Of a DNA stretch of 64,000 nt, positions 59,230 to 64,000 are shown piece by piece. The position numbers and the translations under genes are program-made. Under the pieces are notes generated by a model, which had not been told where the DNA came from, ran no database searches, and worked only from the letters and a program-made list of their open reading frames with translations. This DNA comes from Candidatus Omnitrophota bacterium (GTDB lineage: Bacteria > Omnitrophota > Gorgyraeia > Gygaellales > Profunditerraquicolaceae): the NCBI GenBank assembly GCA_041653035.1, contig JBAZGE010000001.1, forward strand, positions 19,540 through 83,539, in the 5' to 3' direction. Numbering within the stretch: the first letter of the stretch is position 1; each line of letters opens with the position of its first letter.

Positions 59230-60279
59230 TCAAGCGTTTTTGCGCCTGTTAAAAGAGTTACTTTCGGTATTTCTGACCGTTTTTTTATACACCTTTTTCC
59301 AGTACTTCTTCAAAGAAAAGACTTTGTGCTCCAGCCAGGCCACATGCCTTACATACCAATCCACCGTTTTAACCAAGCCTTCTTCAAAAGATGTACCCGG
59401 ACGCCATCCCAGATCCTGTTCTATCCTGGAAAAATTCAGGCTGTACCTGAAATCATGCCCCGGGCGGTCGGCGACGAATTCGATCAGGCTATGCGGCTTG
59501 CCGAGCATATCCAGGATATTCCGGGCCACCTCGATATTCTTCCGCTCATTCCCTGAACCCACATTATACACTTCTCCCGGACGGGCCTTTTGCACGGCCT
59601 TCATGATCGCCTCCGCGCAATCCGAAACATACAGCCATTCGCGCACGTTCAACCCTTTGGCGAATACCGGGATTTTTTCGTTCTTCAAAGCTTTATATAT
59701 GATCACCGGAATGAATTTCTCGGGATACTGCCACGGCCCGTAATTATTGGACGGCCTGAGGATAACCGCCGGAAAACCGAACGTCCGGACGTACGACCCG
59801 ACCAACAGGTCGGCCGCCGCCTTGCTTGAGGAATACGGAGAACTGGGATTAAACGGGGTATGTTCGTAAAATTGCCCCGTATGAATATCGCCGTATACCT
59901 CGTCGGTTGAAATATGGATAAACTTACGTATGCCGCTTTTTCTCGATGCGTCCAAAAGCACCTGCGTTCCCTGTACATTGGTCTTTATAAAAGCCCCGCT
60001 GTTCAGGATACTCCGGTCAACATGGGTTTCCGCGGCAAAATGCAGGACTATATCCGGTTTTTCTTTTTTAAAGATCTCCTCGACCCTGCGCGCATCGCAG
60101 ATATCCGCCCGAAAAAAAGAACACGCTTGACCCGCCTCAGCCAGGCGCAGCGCATCCCCCGCGTATGAAAGCTTGTCTACCACGGCTGCCGCATACCCCC
60201 GGCAGACCGCCTGACGGATGAATTCGCTCCCGATAAAACCAGCCCCTCCTGTTACCAATAATTTTGTTTTCCGTGCCAT
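59230..60279 (-). CDS. rfbB: dTDP-glucose 4,6-dehydratase
   Basis: 349 aa. LVTGGAGFIGS, HISTDEVYG, YSSSK motifs of extended short-chain dehydrogenase/reductase (SDR) family dehydratases. Confidence 0.85.
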   Translation of the reverse strand: MARKTKLLVTGGAGFIGSEFIRQAVCRGYAAAVVDKLSYAGDALRLAEAGQACSFFRADICDARRVEEIFKKEKPDIVLHFAAETHVDRSILNSGAFIKTNVQGTQVLLDASRKSGIRKFIHISTDEVYGDIHTGQFYEHTPFNPSSPYSSSKAAADLLVGSYVRTFGFPAVILRPSNNYGPWQYPEKFIPVIIYKALKNEKIPVFAKGLNVREWLYVSDCAEAIMKAVQKARPGEVYNVGSGNERKNIEVARNILDMLGKPHSLIEFVADRPGHDFRYSLNFSRIEQDLGWRPGTSFEEGLVKTVDWYVRHVAWLEHKVFSLKKYWKKVYKKTVRNTESNSFNRRKNA

Positions 60280-60363
60280 TTTGAAATTATACCACGCCGC
60301 CTCTTCAAGTCAAATCTTTCCATGTCCGAATCCGAGAACGAAAAAAATCGTCTGCGGAATTCG

Positions 60364-60395
60364 CCGTAGGGACACGGCATGCCGTGCCCCTACGG
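60364..60395. repeat. Palindrome CCGTAGGGACACGGCATGCCGTGCCCCTACGG (copy 2 of the 28-nt element, 1 mismatch)
   Basis: Self-complementary. Lies 7 nt downstream of the radC stop. Core identical to 16303..16330 except for one base. Confidence 0.6.
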
Positions 60396-60401
60396 TCGGA
60401 T

Positions 60402-61091
60402 TCAAATCTTCATCAACCCCTTCTCTTTAAAGCTCAAGAACCGGTCTCCGGCAACAACGATATGATCCAGCACTTCTATACCCAAAACATCCCCCGCTTC
60501 TTGAAGCCTCCTGGTAATGGCAAGGTCATCTTCCGAAGGCTCCGGATCTCCGGAAGGATGATTATGGGCAATGATGACCTGCGCGGCCAGATTTTTTATC
60601 GCCGGCTCAAAGACCTCCCGCGGATGCACGAGGCTGGCGTTCAAAGAACCGATCGAAACCACCTCTCTTTTTATCTCCTGGTTCCGCGTATCCAAAAAAA
60701 GGACCACAAAGTGTTCCTTTTTCAAGAAACGGATGTCCCGTAATTCCCTGAAGGCATCCTCCGGAGAAACTATCTGCCCGATCCCCGTCTTTTTATCGTT
60801 CAGCAGGCGGCGGGCAAGTTCAAAACATGCCGCGATCCCGCAGGCCTTCGCCCTGCCAATGCCGGGTACAAGCATGAGATCCCGGACGCTCGCCTCGGGC
60901 AACAGCTTGGTCCCGAAGCGGTGCAGAATATTCTCCGCGATCGACAGAACATTCCGGCCTTTTTTTCCGCTGCCCAGAATGATCGCCAGGAGCTCGGTAT
61001 TCGTCAGCCTTCCCGGCCCGTATTCGGATAATTTTTCCCGCGGCCGCACAGCGCGCGGAAGATCTCGTATAGCACCATGAGCAGTTATCAT
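60402..61091 (-). CDS. radC: RadC-family JAB/MPN-domain protein
   Basis: 229 aa. HhH N-region and IIAHNHPSGDPEPSEDD JAMM motif. Confidence 0.8.
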   Translation of the reverse strand: MITAHGAIRDLPRAVRPREKLSEYGPGRLTNTELLAIILGSGKKGRNVLSIAENILHRFGTKLLPEASVRDLMLVPGIGRAKACGIAACFELARRLLNDKKTGIGQIVSPEDAFRELRDIRFLKKEHFVVLFLDTRNQEIKREVVSIGSLNASLVHPREVFEPAIKNLAAQVIIAHNHPSGDPEPSEDDLAITRRLQEAGDVLGIEVLDHIVVAGDRFLSFKEKGLMKI

Positions 61092-61205
61092 ACATCCCTC
61101 CTGGATTTGCCAAAACAGGTTTCGTTGCGGCTTCTCATTATCAATAGACGCGCCAAAAGGAAAAATCTAACTGAATTATTAAAAGTTTTTTCTGAGGAGG
61201 CGCGA

Positions 61206-61958
61206 TCAACGGGGAACTGCGCGGCCCATGAAGAAACGGAAAACATTTAAAATAATGACGGCAATGATCCCGGCAAACCCGGTCTGAAAGAGGGCGCGGG
61301 AAATAAGATTGGCTTTCTTCAATATCCGGATGCCTTCCACATACACGATCTCGCAGGCGCCTGCGCCGGTATCGTTCCTGACAATACTGGTATTCCATTG
61401 TAAATCGGACGGATTAAACGCCTCGTTCTTGCCCGGACTGTGCGCCTTTACATTGACCAGTTTGCCGGTTATCTGTATCTGATCCCCGGAAACCAGGTTC
61501 CTCGCCAGGCTTTCAAGGCGGGGCTCCTTAAAAATCAGGTGATTGTTGGAAATTTCATTGAAATTGAATGTAATATCCCCCCACCATTCCACATTACACC
61601 AGCGGCAATCCTGAACGAAACGGATCCTTTTATATTGATACACCCTGTTCCCCACGTTACTGCCCCACAAGAGGCACACATCCAGGGGAAACACGCTGGA
61701 GGACTTATAAATACTGAAGAACTTATAATCCATTTTACTGACCAGCAAGCCGCTGATTTGATAATCATACAACGGGGTCAATTCATACCGATAACCGTCC
61801 CTTTCAAAACGTATGGGCGCTGTGACATAAGGCTTCTCTTGGAAAGGCTGTAAGAGGACTTCCGGCGCGATCGAATTAACCTCCGTGATATTATTACGCG
61901 TAAAAAAAGTGACAGCCGTAGTTAAAAGAAAAATCGGTAATATTATTTTATTCAGCAT
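61206..61958 (-). CDS. Hypothetical secreted protein with C-terminal TM helix
   Basis: 250 aa. Signal-like N-terminus (ILPIFLLTTAVTFF) and C-terminal hydrophobic helix (GFAGIIAVIILNVF). No motif recognised. Confidence 0.35.
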   Translation of the reverse strand: MLNKIILPIFLLTTAVTFFTRNNITEVNSIAPEVLLQPFQEKPYVTAPIRFERDGYRYELTPLYDYQISGLLVSKMDYKFFSIYKSSSVFPLDVCLLWGSNVGNRVYQYKRIRFVQDCRWCNVEWWGDITFNFNEISNNHLIFKEPRLESLARNLVSGDQIQITGKLVNVKAHSPGKNEAFNPSDLQWNTSIVRNDTGAGACEIVYVEGIRILKKANLISRALFQTGFAGIIAVIILNVFRFFMGRAVPR

Positions 61959-61962
61959 GGCC

Positions 61963-62466
61963 TCACCATGTATTATAGTGTATTTTTGCCGCGTCGAACC
62001 GGTTTGCCGGCGGCAATTCCTGCGCCGGATACCCCACCGGGATCAACGCCAACGGAACAACGTATTCGGGAATACCCAGGAGCTTACGGGCCGCGGTAAC
62101 CCGGTTTCCTTCGGGATAAAATCCCACCCAAACCGCCCCCAACCCTTTTTCCGCCACCGCGATAAGGATATTCTCCGCGGCCGCGGAACAATCCTGGACC
62201 CAAAAACCCTTATGGACTTCTTTTTTCAGATCCCCGCATACCAGGATCGCCGCCGGGGCATCTTTAACCATCCCGGCGTGGGGATGGATTTTAGGTATTT
62301 CAGCCAATACCTGACGGTTATCGATCACTACAAACTGCCAGGGCTGTTCATTACCCGCTGAAGGAGCGCTCATCGCCGCCTCCAGTAATTCTTTGATTAT
62401 TTCCCGGGAAACGGGTTTCTCCGAATACCTGCGAATACTGCGGCGATTCAAGATAGCCTGCATATA
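61963..62466 (-). CDS. Nitroreductase-family protein
   Basis: AILNRRSIRRY and APSAGNEQPW FMN-binding motifs. Start taken at the internal MQAILNRR. Confidence 0.7.
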   Translation of the reverse strand, partial: YMQAILNRRSIRRYSEKPVSREIIKELLEAAMSAPSAGNEQPWQFVVIDNRQVLAEIPKIHPHAGMVKDAPAAILVCGDLKKEVHKGFWVQDCSAAAENILIAVAEKGLGAVWVGFYPEGNRVTAARKLLGIPEYVVPLALIPVGYPAQELPPANRFDAAKIHYNTW

Positions 62467-62519
62467 ACCTCCGATTTCAATTGTTTCGTATCGCGTATCA
62501 CTCCCCGCGGACACACGAA

Positions 62520-63878
62520 CTAAATCAAATGCAGATACGTTTTTCCTTCCGAAAAAGGATTCAAGGACCGCTCGATCTCTATGTCTTTCCGGTCCTGCAA
62601 ATCGATCATCTCCCGTTTCTCCCGGGGATAAACGGCTTCTATTTGAGGTTTGAATATTTCCCTCTCATTTTCCTGCCGCACCACGGCGATCCGCCCGTCG
62701 TTCAAACATACCAGCGTTCCCACCGGCCAGACCCCCATAATACGAAAGAACGCATCCAGCAAATCCGGGTCAAATCCGGCCCCCCGATCGCGGCTCATAA
62801 TTTTGTATATGGCCTCCGGCGGATAATCGGCTTTATAACTCCGCCTCTGCGAGAGCGCGTCATACACATCGCATATGGCGACGATCAGAGCGGCGATATG
62901 CGGCTTATAGGGAAAATCAACCTTGGGATACCCCTTTAAGTCATACCGCATGTGGTGTTCAAAGGCAACCAAAACCGGCAAATCCCCCAGGCTTTCCGTA
63001 TAACGCAGAAGCAGGGCCGCTCCCAACTGACTATGGCTCTTGATATTGGCAAATTCCGCATCGGACAATTTATCCCGTTTATCGATAATCTTACGCGAGA
63101 TATAAATCTTGCCGGTGTCGTGAAAAAGCGCGGCCGCGCCGATCTCCGATACTTCTTCTTTGGAAAAACCGAGTTTGGCGGAAAAATACATCACCAACAC
63201 GGAAACATTCATAATATGCAAAAAAGTGGTACTGTCGTGCCTTTTAAGAGAAGCCAATTTCATAATCCCCCGGTACAGATCGGCGATATTGTCCACCATA
63301 TTGGACATGGTTACCTTGAGCGCCATTTTATCTATAGCCGCGTTATTGAAAAGGGCTTCCTGATACTCGGAAAACCGCGACGCGAAATACTCATAGGAAT
63401 TCACCTGCGTGCCGGCGGGATTTACCTTCGCCGCCTTATCGCCCTGGCTGGCAGCGACGGAAGACTGCACGGATCCGGCCGAAATATTTTTGACGCCTAA
63501 TTCATCCAGAAAAATCTGGGGCGCCCTTTTGACCTGGTCCTTATTAATATTGACTACGAATACAATAAACTTATGCAGGTCTTCTTTGCTCACCCCTTGA
63601 TAAAAAATGATCTTCTCGATCTCCCGGGCCTTTAAGTTGAGTATAAGCGGGAGGGCGGCTTTGCTCAATTCAAAAAATATCTCTTTTTCAAAAACCACTT
63701 CTTCCCCGATAATACCCACCACAACCTCATTCCTCTCTTTGAAGATTTCCTGCAGGGACTGGCGTATCTTGTCAACGGAGGCCTCGAATTTCGCGTGCGC
63801 GCCGGAATACAGCCTGACCATCTGAAAGGAAGCGGACATATCCAGGATTAACTGTTTAACCTTTTCTATGAGTTCCAT
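62520..63878 (-). CDS. HD-GYP domain c-di-GMP phosphodiesterase with N-terminal sensor/helical region
   Basis: HD motif (FHDTGKI), HHMRYDLKGYP (GYP). Start taken at MELIEKVKQ (the track ORF begins 15 codons earlier). Confidence 0.75.
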   Translation of the reverse strand: MELIEKVKQLILDMSASFQMVRLYSGAHAKFEASVDKIRQSLQEIFKERNEVVVGIIGEEVVFEKEIFFELSKAALPLILNLKAREIEKIIFYQGVSKEDLHKFIVFVVNINKDQVKRAPQIFLDELGVKNISAGSVQSSVAASQGDKAAKVNPAGTQVNSYEYFASRFSEYQEALFNNAAIDKMALKVTMSNMVDNIADLYRGIMKLASLKRHDSTTFLHIMNVSVLVMYFSAKLGFSKEEVSEIGAAALFHDTGKIYISRKIIDKRDKLSDAEFANIKSHSQLGAALLLRYTESLGDLPVLVAFEHHMRYDLKGYPKVDFPYKPHIAALIVAICDVYDALSQRRSYKADYPPEAIYKIMSRDRGAGFDPDLLDAFFRIMGVWPVGTLVCLNDGRIAVVRQENEREIFKPQIEAVYPREKREMIDLQDRKDIEIERSLNPFSEGKTYLHLI

Positions 63879-64000
63879 AACCGAAGCACCTTTCCGGCTT
63901 TTCTTTTTACATCCCAGTCCCACAAAGAAAATTTCTTGGTCAGAAAAACGAGATATTCCCGCGCAGCCCGCAGATCCAGCCCTTCTACTACCGAGATATT

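Noticed and set aside
63924-64000. Possible 3' end of a further minus-strand gene at the right window edge
   Set aside because: Only about 75 nt are available and the frame and stop are ambiguous, so it cannot be supported.

Overview
This 64 kb window of bacterial chromosomal DNA (about 50% GC by eye) is unusual in that every supportable gene lies on the minus strand: about 68 CDS and 3 tRNAs. All plus-strand ORFs in the six-frame track are best read as antisense shadows of those genes.

Recognisable content, in window order:
- A polyamine operon, translationally coupled by 4-nt overlaps: pyruvoyl-type SAM decarboxylase (speH), two tandem spermidine-synthase paralogs, and a saccharopine-dehydrogenase-like gene that runs off the window edge.
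- A secreted tetratricopeptide-repeat (TPR) protein, a type IV pilin-like protein carrying an HExxH C-terminal domain, and a membrane-anchored hypothetical protein.
- c-di-GMP signalling proteins: a receiver (REC) domain fused to a GGDEF-type diguanylate cyclase (GGDDF variant) and an MshEN c-di-GMP-binding domain; a PilZ protein fused to an (alpha/alpha)6-like domain; and an HD-GYP phosphodiesterase.
- folE, mnmE, folC and purH; an N-terminally truncated YchF-like protein; and a 645-aa EF-G paralog.
- An operon encoding two ATP-grasp ligases of the D-Ala-D-Ala ligase (Ddl) family followed by a full-length KamA-type lysine 2,3-aminomutase. It has a promoter/leader with an internal intrinsic terminator and a 20-bp hairpin. 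Upstream lie UPF0280, haloacid-dehalogenase (HAD) family, PAC2, M20 deacylase and FmdB genes.
- An M1 aminopeptidase fused to an Omp85-type beta-barrel; an endonuclease III-like glycosylase; and a TPR, DUF3857 and transglutaminase-like lipoprotein.
- An operon of a CsaA-like tRNA-binding protein, a YkgJ Cys-rich protein, a DUF2156 (aminoacyl-tRNA transferase-like) protein and a DEDDh exonuclease with a WYL domain.
- DUF502, a class A beta-lactamase-like protein, YggT, and a divergent Fe/Mn superoxide dismutase (SOD).
- A tRNA-Asp / four-helix-bundle gene / tRNA-Val / HTH-LAGLIDADG-like gene islet.
- A minimal Chlamydia/spirochaete-style V-type ATPase operon, in transcription order E, DUF2764, A, B, D, I, K.
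- pyrF, pyrD(1B), then a TPR protein and a family-2 glycosyltransferase (GT2), then pyrK.
- An isoprenylcysteine carboxyl methyltransferase (ICMT)-family methyltransferase, mutM, a YjbQ-like protein, carB, carA, a LOG-family protein, tRNA-Arg, flavodoxin, rfbB, radC, a nitroreductase and the HD-GYP protein.

Non-coding structure:
- A 28-nt GC-rich palindrome, GTAGGGGCACGGCATGCCGTGCCCCTAC, occurs twice about 44 kb apart, each time just downstream of a gene stop.
- A bidirectional intrinsic terminator is present.
- Two roughly 100-nt imperfect inverted repeats are built from pentamer/hexamer units (GTGTAA and CGTAA).
- A 7-nt tandem repeat (x4) lies inside pyrK.

No CRISPR array, rRNA, transposase or integrase was seen.

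The most likely candidate for an undescribed system is the KamA plus two Ddl-family ligase operon. It appears to lack the known EpmA (EF-P lysyl-ligase)-type or AblB (beta-lysine acetyltransferase)-type partners and so points to ATP-dependent ligation of beta-lysine. The tRNA-binding / YkgJ / DUF2156 / exonuclease-WYL operon and the pilin-HExxH fusion are the next candidates.
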